A stretch of DNA of 64,000 bases from Trueperaceae bacterium (GCA_051649365.1 JBOFGY010000135.1:9842-73841), one strand, 5' to 3'. Shown: positions 26,971 through 36,762, counted from the stretch's first letter. Made by a program: numbers and translations. Notes: generated by a model from the letters alone, not told the origin.

Positions 26971-27102
26971 CTAATACTGCTTACTTTGCGAAGCCCGCTT
27001 CGCCCAACGGCGCAGCGTTTCTTGTTCATTTTTGAGGCTCCGGTGTGTGCGGTTTCTTGCAAACCATCTTTTGAAAAAGGTAACCATAATGAGGGTGGTC
27101 AT
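26971..27102 (-). CDS. possible small protein (43 aa), below the ORF-track cutoff
   Basis: MTTLIMVTFFKRWFARNRTHRSLKNEQETLRRWAKRASQSKQY. GGAGG lies directly upstream but only 1 nt from the ATG. The ORF ends 9 nt before the strong terminator at 26933-26962. Confidence 0.25.
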   Translation of the reverse strand: MTTLIMVTFFKRWFARNRTHRSLKNEQETLRRWAKRASQSKQY

Positions 27103-27227
27103 ACCTCCATACGACCAGCAAAAAGTCTACTAAATCTGCATGAAAGCGGGGTTAGTTAAGCTACAGAGCGATTCAATATTAAGAATATTCATCCTCAATT
27201 TTTAAGCACTGTTATGTGTAACTTACT

Positions 27228-27824
27228 CTACTTACGCAACTTAATGACAACACGCCTATCCCGACCTTCGCCCTCAGATTCGCTTAAGAGTTCGGGGTCA
27301 TCGGCAAATTGCATATGGATAACGCGGCGTTCGGCGGCACTCATAGGCTTAAAGATGAAAGGTTGACCCGTCTCGCGGACGCGTGCGGCAACCTTTTCGG
27401 CTACGTCTACCAGGCGGTCATCGCGGCGGCGTTTATAACCGCCTACGTCTATATTGACGCGGGTACTACCGCCTTCGCCCTTATTAAGGACGGTGTTGGT
27501 GATGTACTCGAGAGCTTGCAAGGTGCGCCCGTCACGCCCGATAATTTTGCCGGGGTCGCCGCCATAAACGTCTATTAAAATTTCACGGTCATCGGCGCGG
27601 GCAATCTCGACAGCGTAAGATGGGTCAAAGTTTAGAAGTAAATTAACCAGAAACGTCTCGGCGCGCTCTTTAGGGGAACCCTCGAGCTTAGCAACGGAAA
27701 CCTGCCCCATGCGCTCGACGGCTTCCGCAAACGACTCGTCTTCCTCTTGCGGACGACTACGCGTCTCGGTTTCTTCGTCGGTGCTGATACCTATATTTTC
27801 CAAATATTTGTCTAAATCGGACAT
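27228..27824 (-). CDS. jag: Jag/KhpB-type RNA-binding protein (Jag_N, KH, R3H)
   Basis: The KH-like region GKIIGRDGRTLQALEYI and the R3H region PMSAAERRVIHMQFADDPEL. Synteny with yidC supports the call. Confidence 0.8.
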   Translation of the reverse strand: MSDLDKYLENIGISTDEETETRSRPQEEDESFAEAVERMGQVSVAKLEGSPKERAETFLVNLLLNFDPSYAVEIARADDREILIDVYGGDPGKIIGRDGRTLQALEYITNTVLNKGEGGSTRVNIDVGGYKRRRDDRLVDVAEKVAARVRETGQPFIFKPMSAAERRVIHMQFADDPELLSESEGEGRDRRVVIKLRK

Positions 27825-27990
27825 AAACCCTCACGGTTTGGCGTTAATTTGCTCACCTTACCATAAGCGTCTCAGCATTTCAGCTAGTCAGCTAAAAGTG
27901 GGGCATCCATAAAAATGGTGATGAACCTGCGAGTCGCCAAGCCCCGCGTCTAACTTCCTGACATGCTGAAATGCCTAAATTGCTAAAAGG

Positions 27991-29781
27991 CTAGACTTTC
28001 AGCTGCATTGTGTACAAATTAGCGTAAGTACCGCCCTGAGCCAGTAACGCTTCGTGCGTCCCTTGTTCTTTAATGCCATCTTCTGTTAAAACTAAAATCC
28101 GCCCTGCGTTTCTTACAGTGGATAAACGGTGCGCGATAACAATGGTCGTGCGGTTGTTCGCTAATTTTTCCAATGATTCTTGCACGGCTCTTTCGCTTTC
28201 GTTGTCGAGCGAACTTGTTGCTTCATCAAGAATCAGAACAGGCGGGTCTTTTAGGAAGACTCTGGCAATACTGAGTCGTTGTTTTTGTCCACCTGAAAGT
28301 TTTACACCACGCTGACCAATGTCGGTGTCGTAACCGTTTGGCAACGACATAATAAAGTCATGGGCATTTGCTTTTTTAGCAGCTTCGATAATTTCTTCTC
28401 TGGTAGCGTTCAATTTTCCATAACTGATATTATTTGCAACTGTTTCCGCGAAGAGATAAACGTCTTGCTGAACAACACCGATGCTTTTTCTTAGCGATTC
28501 CAAATGAACATTTTTGATGCTTTGACCATCCAGTAAAACTTCACCTTCGTCAACCTCATAAAAACGTGGGATGAGAGAGCACAGCGTGGTTTTACCCGCC
28601 CCAGACGGACCAACCAAGGCCACGTATTCACCCGCCTTAATCTCGAAGGACACATTTTCTAAAACGTGGCCGTGGTCTTCTTTGTTTTCTGAGCTAACAC
28701 CGTTTTTTAAGCCGACACCGTATTTAAAGCTGACGTTCTTAAATTCAATATGTCCCCGCACATGTCTAAGTTCAACAGCATTTGGAGCGTTTTGAATATC
28801 TGGCTGAATCTCGAGGATTTCCATAAATCTGTCAAAGCCAGTGATCCCTTCCTGATAAAGCCTCAAAAAATTGAGGGCAGTGCGGATGGGCTCTAGGATA
28901 ATCCCAGCGTAGAGCAAGTAAGTCACGAGATCAGCTAACCCAAGTGAACCCCCGACAATACTTGCCCCACCAAAGACCACTACAGCCACCGTAAAAAGTT
29001 GTGTGAAGCCAACCATGCCGTTATAAAAATAGGCCTCGTTTTTGTAGGCATCTCGTTTACTTTTGACAAAGCGGTTATTGTGCGCGGCAAATTTTTCCTC
29101 TTCGCTCGCTTCATTGGCGAAAGATTTGACCACACGAATACCAGCTAGGGCATCTTCTACAGAAGCGTTAATGTTGCCAATGCTATCTCTCTCTGCTCTA
29201 AACGCCCGCTTCATTCGCCCACTAAAGTAAAAAGCATACGCTGCCATAAGGGGTAAAAATGCGAATGGAATCAGGGTGAGTTGAACATTGATCGTGAGCA
29301 GAATAATAAACACGCCCGTAAACTTAACACTTGTTAGCACGATGTCTTCGGGTGCGTGATGATAAAGCTCACCCAAATTGTAAGTGTCGTTGGTGATGCG
29401 GCTTAGCAGTTGTCCTGTTTTTTGATCATCATAAAAACGAAACGAGAGTTTTTGATAATGCGCGAAAAGTTCAGCACGCATATCGCGCTCCATCCAGGCT
29501 CCCATCATGTGACCCTGATAATCAACAAATGAGTTACAAAGTGTATAGACCACAACCAGCACGACCATGAGCGCACCCACCCAGTAAATTTGCGTCAGGG
29601 CATTGGGTGCGTTGTTCTCTAAAAGAGTTGTTGTAATGTACCTCGCGCAAAGTGGCAGTGTTAGTGTAATGGCTGCAACAACCAACGCACAGGCAAGGTC
29701 TGCAATCAATAAGCTCTTATAGGGTTTGTAATACGAGAAAAACTTTTGTGTTCTATAACTTCTAAATTGTTTTAACAGCAC
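27991..29781 (-). CDS. ABC transporter, fused permease/ATPase (exporter type, MsbA/multidrug-like)
   Basis: A six-TM N-terminal half. Walker A is GPSGAGKTT, the signature is LSGGQKQR and Walker B is ILILDEATS. Confidence 0.9.
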   Translation of the reverse strand: MLLKQFRSYRTQKFFSYYKPYKSLLIADLACALVVAAITLTLPLCARYITTTLLENNAPNALTQIYWVGALMVVLVVVYTLCNSFVDYQGHMMGAWMERDMRAELFAHYQKLSFRFYDDQKTGQLLSRITNDTYNLGELYHHAPEDIVLTSVKFTGVFIILLTINVQLTLIPFAFLPLMAAYAFYFSGRMKRAFRAERDSIGNINASVEDALAGIRVVKSFANEASEEEKFAAHNNRFVKSKRDAYKNEAYFYNGMVGFTQLFTVAVVVFGGASIVGGSLGLADLVTYLLYAGIILEPIRTALNFLRLYQEGITGFDRFMEILEIQPDIQNAPNAVELRHVRGHIEFKNVSFKYGVGLKNGVSSENKEDHGHVLENVSFEIKAGEYVALVGPSGAGKTTLCSLIPRFYEVDEGEVLLDGQSIKNVHLESLRKSIGVVQQDVYLFAETVANNISYGKLNATREEIIEAAKKANAHDFIMSLPNGYDTDIGQRGVKLSGGQKQRLSIARVFLKDPPVLILDEATSSLDNESERAVQESLEKLANNRTTIVIAHRLSTVRNAGRILVLTEDGIKEQGTHEALLAQGGTYANLYTMQLKV

Positions 29782-29903
29782 AAATAAAATCCTCCATAAG
29801 TTTGGAGGGTGAAGCTAAGCTACCCTCCAAACCTTACATTGAGACGTAATGGTGTAAGTGTTTGTGATTGGTTTGAAAGGTTGCTTTTCATAGCTAGCTC
29901 CTT

Positions 29904-29947
29904 TGTATAGCCTAGTACCTATATGTGTATAGCCTAGTACCTATATG
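29904..29947. repeat. 22-bp perfect tandem duplication
   Basis: TGTATAGCCTAGTACCTATATG x2. AGCACTTC x2 follows nearby at about 29965-29985. Confidence 0.85.
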
Positions 29948-30014
29948 ACACCGTGCTGTAGTTTAGCACTTCAGCACTTCAGCTTTTTAGGTTTATTGAA
30001 ATACTAACCTGCTT

Positions 30015-31697
30015 TTACTTCGCTAACGCCTTCGTCGGAGGTTTGGGTTGTCCACGCTGGATAAGCCAATACTGAAACGCTTGCACAGCCATTGAAAAGG
30101 TGTAGTACAAAATTACGCCTGACGGAAAGCCAATAAAAAAGAAAATAAACGCGACGTTGATAAGCAGTTGCTGGCGCAGCATTTGTGGATTACCCTTGGC
30201 ACTTAACCATGATTGCAGTAGAATGACCCCAAGATAGACAATCGGAAGAATATAAAAAGGGTCAGCTTGCCCTAGGTCGGGAAGCCACAAAAAGCCTTCA
30301 TTAAATTCGTAGTGTCTAAACACGTTGTAGAGAATAATAAACAGCGGCATTTGCAAAAACACAGGTAAGCAGCCACCCGCTGGGTTGACGCCCTTTTCGC
30401 GGTAGAGTTTCATGGTTTCTTGGGTTAGTTTTTCTTGGTTGTCCTTGTGTTTCTTTTGCAACGCCTGAATTTCAGGTTGCAAGGATTGCATGGCATACAT
30501 AGACTTTGTTTGTGTATTGATAAGAGGCCAAATCAAGATGCGAAAAATAAGTGTAAGTGCGATAATTGAAAGTCCCCAGTTACCAATGATGCTGTGAATG
30601 CGTTCTAAAAACCACAAGACACCAAGGGATAGCTGCCCGATGATATTAGGTTGAAAAAGTCCGGGCAGTTCGCGGTAGCCTTCTTGCGTATAACGCACGA
30701 GCTCGTTGTTGCCGTTGTACTGACGCAGGTTAAGTGTCGTGCTAGGAGAGCTTAGAGTTTGTTGCAAGGCAATCGTATGCGCGGGTAAACCATCTCCTTG
30801 CATAATTTGCGCTTCTACGTCGGTTTCACCTTCGGCAGGGCGCAAAATCAGGGCGAAGCTGTTTTGACCGGCCCTCGAGGTTTGCAAGGAGATATAACTG
30901 GGATTCGTAATAGGTTGCCCAACAATATTCACAGGTGCGTTCGTGCCTTGAGCAACTTTTACAAGCGGTGACTCTGTACGCGCAATACCTGGTAAAACAT
31001 ATTGCAATACAATAGGTTGGTTCGTTGCAGAGGTTGTCGTTGCTTGTAGGGTTTCTGTAGTTTCAGAAGTTTCGTTTGTCGAGGTTTCGCTGCTCTCTGT
31101 AGTTGCCTCATCTGTTGTTACTGCTTCATTACTTTGCAAAGTTTCATTAGTTGTATTAGCTGTTGCACCCGTACGCTCAGCAGTAATAGCTACATCGAGC
31201 GTTTGACGGATATTCGATATCGTTAAAACTTTCGTGATGTCAATGTCGTTGAGTTGAAAGGTAAACGTTCCTTTGTAGGTGGCATCGTCAAGTCTTTCCC
31301 AAGTGCTTTCTGGGTTTTGAGGTTCGATGTATTCACCGTTGAGTAAGAGTGCGCCAGCAGGAACAGGACTGTTCACAGGAACTAGGTTTTGGTTTTGGTC
31401 GGCGGTGTAGTTACCACGCAAATCTTGACCCTTGTTAACTTTGGCAAAAATAGCCACAAATTCGCCGCGTTCATTGATAAAGAAGTCATCACCTTTAGCT
31501 GTAATGAGCGTGAGCGGAGCCTCGAGCTGACCACACCAAAACGATGCTGATGCTGACGCGGTGCAGATTTGCTGCAACTTTTCTATGTCCCGAAATTGCC
31601 CTGCCTCAAAGGTAGTTTGGTCAAACCTAAAACGGGCAAAGGCAAGGGTACTCGAGAGAAGTACTAGAACGGCGACGAATAAGCGAACAGCTTTCAT
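30015..31697 (-). CDS. yidC: membrane protein insertase YidC (long periplasmic domain form)
   Basis: 560 aa. N-terminal anchor, a ~330-aa periplasmic region with a Thr/Glu-rich insert, and the C-terminal 60-kDa insertase core (GCLPVFLQMPLFIILY...). Confidence 0.9.
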   Translation of the reverse strand: MKAVRLFVAVLVLLSSTLAFARFRFDQTTFEAGQFRDIEKLQQICTASASASFWCGQLEAPLTLITAKGDDFFINERGEFVAIFAKVNKGQDLRGNYTADQNQNLVPVNSPVPAGALLLNGEYIEPQNPESTWERLDDATYKGTFTFQLNDIDITKVLTISNIRQTLDVAITAERTGATANTTNETLQSNEAVTTDEATTESSETSTNETSETTETLQATTTSATNQPIVLQYVLPGIARTESPLVKVAQGTNAPVNIVGQPITNPSYISLQTSRAGQNSFALILRPAEGETDVEAQIMQGDGLPAHTIALQQTLSSPSTTLNLRQYNGNNELVRYTQEGYRELPGLFQPNIIGQLSLGVLWFLERIHSIIGNWGLSIIALTLIFRILIWPLINTQTKSMYAMQSLQPEIQALQKKHKDNQEKLTQETMKLYREKGVNPAGGCLPVFLQMPLFIILYNVFRHYEFNEGFLWLPDLGQADPFYILPIVYLGVILLQSWLSAKGNPQMLRQQLLINVAFIFFFIGFPSGVILYYTFSMAVQAFQYWLIQRGQPKPPTKALAK

Positions 31698-31800
31698 TTT
31701 AGTTAACCTACTTTATAAGGTAAGCCAGTTACCTGAGAATTCTGGTTTAGAAACCATCCGCGTCAGCGTATCATTTCGTTGCTGCTCTGCGCGTGAGCTA

Positions 31801-31842
31801 GGGGTTGGGGTAAAGGTTGAAAGTGAAAGGTGAGAAGGTGTT
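31801..31842. repeat. degenerate heptanucleotide array
   Basis: GGGGTTG GGGTAAA GGTTGAA AGTGAAA GGTGAGA AGGTGTT lies between yidD and yidC. Confidence 0.65.
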
Positions 31843-31848
31843 AACTTT

Positions 31849-32145
31849 TTACTTTAACCTCTTGCTTCTTACTTCTTCCTCTGCAAGTTTTGCCAACAAG
31901 GCATCCGCTCGTTTACGTGGGGGAACAGGGTCGTAGCCGCCAGGGTGGAAGGGGTGGCATTTGAGAATGCGCCACACACCCATGCCAAACCCCTTGAGAG
32001 TTCCATGTAGGGTGAGGGCCTCGAGCATGTAATGGCTACATGAGGGCTCGAAGCGGCAGGTCGGCTTGGTCTTTAAAGGGGATAAAACCTTTTGATAAAA
32101 GCGAATAGGCGCAATAAAAAGGCGTTGGAAGGGTGTGAGTGTCAC
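31849..32145 (-). CDS. yidD: membrane protein insertion efficiency factor YidD
   Basis: [19 protein letters not shown]...[17 protein letters not shown] is the YidD signature. Confidence 0.9.
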   Translation of the reverse strand: MTLTPFQRLFIAPIRFYQKVLSPLKTKPTCRFEPSCSHYMLEALTLHGTLKGFGMGVWRILKCHPFHPGGYDPVPPRKRADALLAKLAEEEVRSKRLK

Positions 32146-32170
32146 GGGTATATTTTAGCAAGATCGCGGA

Positions 32171-32212
32171 GGGTTTAGAGGTTTGGGGTTTGGGAGTTGG
32201 GGTTTGAAGGTT
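32171..32212. repeat. G-rich heptanucleotide array (GGGGTTT-like), overlapping the 3' end of the rnpA ORF
   Basis: GGGTTTA GAGGTTT GGGGTTT GGGAGTT GGGGTTT GAAGGTT. The complementary strand encodes the tail ...KPSNPNSQTPNL of the rnpA ORF. Confidence 0.75.
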
Positions 32213-32636
32213 TTGCTTTAGCGTGAACCCCATCTCCTGTACTCTTAAAGACACCTGCTTTGCGAAGGGAGTGTTCGAGAGCCCCCCGAAGTTGCCAATA
32301 GCTTGCTTCGGCGGCTTCGGGTTGCGTTACGACGACAACATCAAAAGCGGGGGTACCCCCACGATTAAGCTGAGATTGAACGGGTTTGTCTAAAAAGGAA
32401 CGAAAACTTTCTTTTAAGCGGCGACGCACGCGGTTTCTCACCACAGCCTTGCCGACTTTTTTGCTCACGACAATCCCGATTCGTATCCCCACTTGGCGGC
32501 CGGGCAATACGCGCACACTTAGGTACTTGCTGTGACCTGCCTGCCCCTTACGAAGACGTCGAAAGGCACGGTCTCCTTTTAGCGAGGTGAGAAGGGGGAG
32601 TTCACGAGAAGGCTGCATAAAACTATTGAAAGACAA
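32175..32636 (-). CDS. rnpA: ribonuclease P protein component
   Basis: Basic core VSKKVGKAVVRNRVRRRLKESFR (RNR motif) and rpmH-rnpA-yidD-yidC synteny. The C-terminal ~25 aa are low-complexity read-through of a repeat array. Confidence 0.85.
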   Translation of the reverse strand: MSFNSFMQPSRELPLLTSLKGDRAFRRLRKGQAGHSKYLSVRVLPGRQVGIRIGIVVSKKVGKAVVRNRVRRRLKESFRSFLDKPVQSQLNRGGTPAFDVVVVTQPEAAEASYWQLRGALEHSLRKAGVFKSTGDGVHAKAKPSNPNSQTPNL

Positions 32637-32692
32637 GAGGCAGAAAAAAACACTCGTTCTCTGTCTCTTAATCTATCTTTACTTACTTTCTT

Positions 32693-32836
32693 TTATTCGT
32701 CTGAAACAGTTAAACGCTTGCGACCTTTGGCGCGGCGGCGGTTAACAATATTACGACCTGTTGGACTAGCCATGCGGGCTCTAAAACCGTGAGTTTTGGC
32801 GCGTTTGCGCTTGTTGGGTTGCCATGTACGTTTCAT
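32693..32836 (-). CDS. rpmH: 50S ribosomal protein L34 (47 aa, not in the ORF track)
   Basis: Hand translation gives [47 protein letters not shown], the canonical L34 sequence. Confidence 0.95.
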   Translation of the reverse strand: MKRTWQPNKRKRAKTHGFRARMASPTGRNIVNRRRAKGRKRLTVSDE

Positions 32837-33199
32837 AATTGGTTACTCCTTAGGATAAACCCTGTAAAGTTAATAAATAACCATAAGGTCTAGCAAGCCG
32901 TTAGAGCATAGCACAAGCCATGCTGCTTTCTCAATGGGCAAAAAACAGGGCCACAGACTAGGGCTGAAGGGAGAATACGCAAGGGTTTTAGCTTTCGTCA
33001 CTATTTTTTGGCGAAATTCCAGATGTCGTTCCCGCTCCCCTTCTCATGATTGTGTGAAGTGCCTTACATCTGAGCTATGCTAGGTAATCTGTGAGAATTG
33101 CCAGTGGATACTTAAAAACTATCCGCTATGATAGGTGGCCAGGAGACGTGTACAGCTTTTTCGTTACTCGCTCTTACCTTGCCGTCAAAGGAGTTCATT

Positions 33200-35491
33200 G
33201 TGAATAGGGGTAAGCAATCTAAAGGCATTGCACTGATCAGTGTGCTGTTTATCGCGGCAGTGGTGCTTATTTTAGCCTCGACATTTGTTTTTGTTATTAC
33301 AAGAGAGCGTCAATCTACCAACTCCGCTCGAGTTATTAGTGATTCTGTGCAAATTGCGGACGCAATTAGCGAGCGTGCGCGTATTGAACTTGTCAAAATA
33401 TTCAAAGATAGCTATGTTACAGCCGATGTTTTTATGGCGGAGCTTGATAAAGCTATAACGAAGTCAGGCAGCACTAAAATTCCTGCGCTCAACGCCCTTA
33501 AAAATCCGTCACCACTTATTACAATTGAAGAAGGTCGCACAGGACGTTGGCAGATTAAAGCCAATGATTATTCTACGCCTGTTAATGGTGAAAACTCTAC
33601 TTCGGGGGAACTTACAAAATTAGCCTGGATTGATGTTTCAGCAACCGCCACAACCTCAACAGGCACCCAAACGGTGATTCGCCGTATCAATATGGGTGAG
33701 GGCGATTTGTTTGAATTGGCGATGCTGGCTCGAGACACCAACTGTATCTATTGCCATTTGCGGGTTAATGGGGATGTAGGTTCTTTAGGAAATCTGCGTC
33801 CAGGCTGGGGTACGGATTTGGGGGGTGAGCGTCCACCAGAAGGCTGGGAAGAGGGGTGGGGTTCAGGTGGCTCAGGAGGTGGTTCTGTTGTCAACGGTGA
33901 TACCTATGTCGCCAACGGAGCTGAAGCTTCTCGTGATGCCAGCGAAAACTTAGACGAAGAAGCAGTTAGAGAAGATAAAGATGTAGATAAGAAAATTAAC
34001 GGTGCTATTTTCAATGGTTCAGTTGAGGAAAACTATGTGGGTAGACCACTGCCTAGGGATATAGATGGTGATAATGTTGCAGATTTCCCAGCTATTAACC
34101 GTGATGTTGCCCGTAATAGTGCTGGGGGAAGCATTAGTAGTGCTGCGCTTATCTATACAGTTGACTCTGATGAAAACTTAACGAGTGCGCCGACGAGTAG
34201 TAACCAAACGTCTTTACCAAGCAATATAGAAGGAAACGTGGTGCTCGAGGGCACGAAAGAAAATCCCATTATTCTCGACGGAGATATTTTTGTTGAAGGT
34301 GATGTTGTTATCAAGGGTTATGTCCAAGGACGCGGAGCTATCTACTCAGGACGCAATGTTTACGTCGCCGGTAATATTGAGTATGTAGATGATGTTTCTA
34401 CCTGTGTGGGTGAAACAAACCCAGACCAGTGTGCCCGCGACATTATTGCGCAAGGTGGTTCTGAACTGCGTCTTGCCTCACGTAACAATACTGTTTTGGG
34501 TGATTACACAGAGACAACAGTAGATGACAGTGGTACTACAGTAGATAAAGATTGGCAAGGACTACAGGCTTCCGATTACTTCCGTTCACAATTTGAGTTT
34601 AATGACCCTAATGAAAATAAATATTTTGATACCGAAACAGGGGATGAGCTTAGCTATGATCCCATCAACGAAGGTTACAAAAATGTTGACGGTGAGATTG
34701 TTGAAGACGGAAATGTTAAGGCTATTGCGTCCATCGATGCCTATCAATACAGCTTTCAACCGGGTCGTGTCACAGAAAATGGTGGATTTGATAGCTGGAT
34801 GAGTGATGACGTTTACCAAGACATTTTGGGTACAGAAACACGCAAATACGATACCTGGCGTTATAACATTCCAGATCCTACAGCTCTGACGCTTGAAGAG
34901 TTACAAAAGCAGTTTGCTAAATATGACCTCAGTGACGAAACGCTCAACTTACTGCTTTGTGAAGCGAATTGTACGACGCAGCGCATAGATCTCAAAAATG
35001 CAGAGGGAACAGTTATCGGTCAGGTTCACATAGAAGATATTGAAGATTCTGCTGCTATAAATTTGCGTGTCATTGTTGATACAGCTTTGAGTTATGAAAA
35101 ACAAACGACTAAAGTAGATGCTTTTATCTACTCGAATCAACGTATTGCAGGTAAAACCTTTAATGCACCCTTGTCTATTAATGGCGGCATGATTGGGCAA
35201 GAGATTGGTATCTTGGCCCCAGGCATTGAGAGGCAGTGGTGGATGAATAACCGCTACGCAGATATATTAGATGGAGACTGCACGAGCGCGGCCTTTGCTA
35301 AAACGTTTAGTACCGAAGAAAACGGGGAAAACTCTCACGCCTACAACGAAGATAGTGTAGACTGCGCGCTCACCGTGAACTATGACTACCGCTTGCGAAA
35401 CGGTGGCCTAGGTTTTAACCTTGTCGTGCAAGAGGTGGGTCAAACACTTAGCTGGCAGCTTGCAGATGAGAAAGCAGATCAGGTGCAGTAA
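33200..35491 (+). CDS. large PilX-N-type pilus-associated protein (putative tip/adhesin or ComZ-like component)
   Basis: GTG 33200 is preceded by AGGAG. The N-terminus KGIALISVLFIAAVVLILASTFVFVITRE resembles the PilX N-terminal domain. The central GNVVLEGT..ILDGDIFVEGDVVIKGYVQGRGAIYSGRNVYVAGNIEY looks beta-solenoid-like. It is first in the pseudopilin operon. Confidence 0.6.
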   Translation: MNRGKQSKGIALISVLFIAAVVLILASTFVFVITRERQSTNSARVISDSVQIADAISERARIELVKIFKDSYVTADVFMAELDKAITKSGSTKIPALNALKNPSPLITIEEGRTGRWQIKANDYSTPVNGENSTSGELTKLAWIDVSATATTSTGTQTVIRRINMGEGDLFELAMLARDTNCIYCHLRVNGDVGSLGNLRPGWGTDLGGERPPEGWEEGWGSGGSGGGSVVNGDTYVANGAEASRDASENLDEEAVREDKDVDKKINGAIFNGSVEENYVGRPLPRDIDGDNVADFPAINRDVARNSAGGSISSAALIYTVDSDENLTSAPTSSNQTSLPSNIEGNVVLEGTKENPIILDGDIFVEGDVVIKGYVQGRGAIYSGRNVYVAGNIEYVDDVSTCVGETNPDQCARDIIAQGGSELRLASRNNTVLGDYTETTVDDSGTTVDKDWQGLQASDYFRSQFEFNDPNENKYFDTETGDELSYDPINEGYKNVDGEIVEDGNVKAIASIDAYQYSFQPGRVTENGGFDSWMSDDVYQDILGTETRKYDTWRYNIPDPTALTLEELQKQFAKYDLSDETLNLLLCEANCTTQRIDLKNAEGTVIGQVHIEDIEDSAAINLRVIVDTALSYEKQTTKVDAFIYSNQRIAGKTFNAPLSINGGMIGQEIGILAPGIERQWWMNNRYADILDGDCTSAAFAKTFSTEENGENSHAYNEDSVDCALTVNYDYRLRNGGLGFNLVVQEVGQTLSWQLADEKADQVQ

Positions 35492-35892
35492 TGTCTAAAG
35501 CTTTGCGGTTACCTATTATTCTTGTTGCCCTCATGCTGATGTTTGGCATTATCTCTTGGCTTCGCCCTAGAGCTACAGTCGAACCACCTGTTCGCTCGAG
35601 TACGGTCGAGGTCGAAAGCTTTGAGCCTGAAAAAGCTAATGACTTGGTAAGAATTAATGGTTTGAGCGAAACAGGCTACGCTGCCCAAGTGCAAGAACAA
35701 AGTAAAACCACGCCACTCGCGTTACAAAAACCTGATGTCTGGACGCCTGCCTATATTCGCTCCATAGAATCACAAGGGAACAAAACCATCATCGTGTTTG
35801 TGGATGACAGCACGAGAGAGGTTACGCCCACACTTTATCAACAGTTACCGAGTGCCCTGAAAGACAGAATGGACTATGAACGTGGACGATAA
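35491..35892 (+). CDS. hypothetical membrane-anchored protein in the pilin operon
   Basis: 133 aa with a single N-terminal TM (LPIILVALMLMFGIISWL). Start overlaps the upstream stop (ATGA-type coupling). Confidence 0.5.
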   Translation: MSKALRLPIILVALMLMFGIISWLRPRATVEPPVRSSTVEVESFEPEKANDLVRINGLSETGYAAQVQEQSKTTPLALQKPDVWTPAYIRSIESQGNKTIIVFVDDSTREVTPTLYQQLPSALKDRMDYERGR

Positions 35893-35893
35893 T

Positions 35894-36307
35894 ATGGTGC
35901 GTTTCCAAAAAGGATTTTCACTACTCGAGATGCTCTTGGTTTTAGCAATCTTGAGTATTCTCCTAACGATTTCGGGATTTTTGTTAAACAGCTATTTGCA
36001 ACAACAACGCCTCAATGAAGCGACACGCACCTTAGGTGAGACGTTGCGCCGTATTGGTGAATTAGCTACGACAGAGAGTCAACGCTACGAAGTTACTTTT
36101 ACAGAAAACTCAATGACCTGGGAAAACGAAGATAATGTTGAAACTACTCAGACCTTACCTTATAACGTTGTGTTGACCCTGCCCATGCCTGACCTAGAGT
36201 TTTCGGGTCGAGGCTTACCTCAGACTGGACAAACCTTTACTCTGACACTAAATGAAAGAGTGCGAACCGTTTATCTCGCCGCCACAGGAGCCGTGATGTA
36301 TCCATGA
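35894..36307 (+). CDS. type IV pilus minor pilin / pseudopilin (GspH/FimT-like)
   Basis: Prepilin leader MVRFQKG|FSLLEMLLVLAILSILL with Glu at +5. Confidence 0.8.
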   Translation: MVRFQKGFSLLEMLLVLAILSILLTISGFLLNSYLQQQRLNEATRTLGETLRRIGELATTESQRYEVTFTENSMTWENEDNVETTQTLPYNVVLTLPMPDLEFSGRGLPQTGQTFTLTLNERVRTVYLAATGAVMYP

Positions 36308-36762
36308 ACCTTACCGCTCGCACCTCCAACCCTACTAAAGGTCTTACACTCGTCGAAATTGTCGTAGCGATAGGTGTTTTTTCTATTGTCATGTTGGCTT
36401 TAAGCGGCATGATTGTGTCTGGTTTACAACTCAGACGGAAAAATAATGTTGATGCTCAGGCGAGTGTGTACGCCGCGTCTATTCTCGAGCTTTACAAAAA
36501 TCATTATTCGACCAGCGCAAATTTTGATAAAGGTACCTCCCCAGTCATTCCAGAACCTCCTGGGGCGGTGAAACAAGTTGTGGCCAGAATTGACACGACC
36601 ATAACCTGCATTGATGTAGAAGGTGAAGTTATTGCGGGTGCAGATACAAGTGATGCAGATAAAGATCCGTGTGAATTAAGACGAGTAGGTGTAACGGTTT
36701 TGGATTTAGAGGATAAGCCTCGAGCCAATTTCGTTACTGAAGTAGGAAAGCCCTTACAATGA
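36304..36762 (+). CDS. type IV pilus minor pilin (PilV-like)
   Basis: Leader ...NPTKG|LTLVEIVVAIGVFSIVMLAL. 4-nt overlap with the upstream gene. Confidence 0.75.
   Translation: MNLTARTSNPTKGLTLVEIVVAIGVFSIVMLALSGMIVSGLQLRRKNNVDAQASVYAASILELYKNHYSTSANFDKGTSPVIPEPPGAVKQVVARIDTTITCIDVEGEVIAGADTSDADKDPCELRRVGVTVLDLEDKPRANFVTEVGKPLQ

Noticed and set aside
26965-27159. 64-aa + strand ORF between the aldo/keto reductase gene and jag
   Set aside because: It has no SD and an implausible composition. It starts inside the minus-strand terminator. The opposite-strand 43-codon ORF is only marginally more plausible.
33128-33199. ATG 33128 as the start of the large pilus protein
   Set aside because: The GTG at 33200 has an AGGAG Shine-Dalgarno at proper spacing and gives a PilX-N-like N-terminus. 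The 24-codon extension has no signal-like features.
32837-33199. Possible oriC / DnaA-box cluster upstream of rpmH
   Set aside because: There are only weak single matches (for example TGGATAC) and no repeated TTATCCACA-type boxes or AT-rich unwinding element. No dnaA gene is adjacent.
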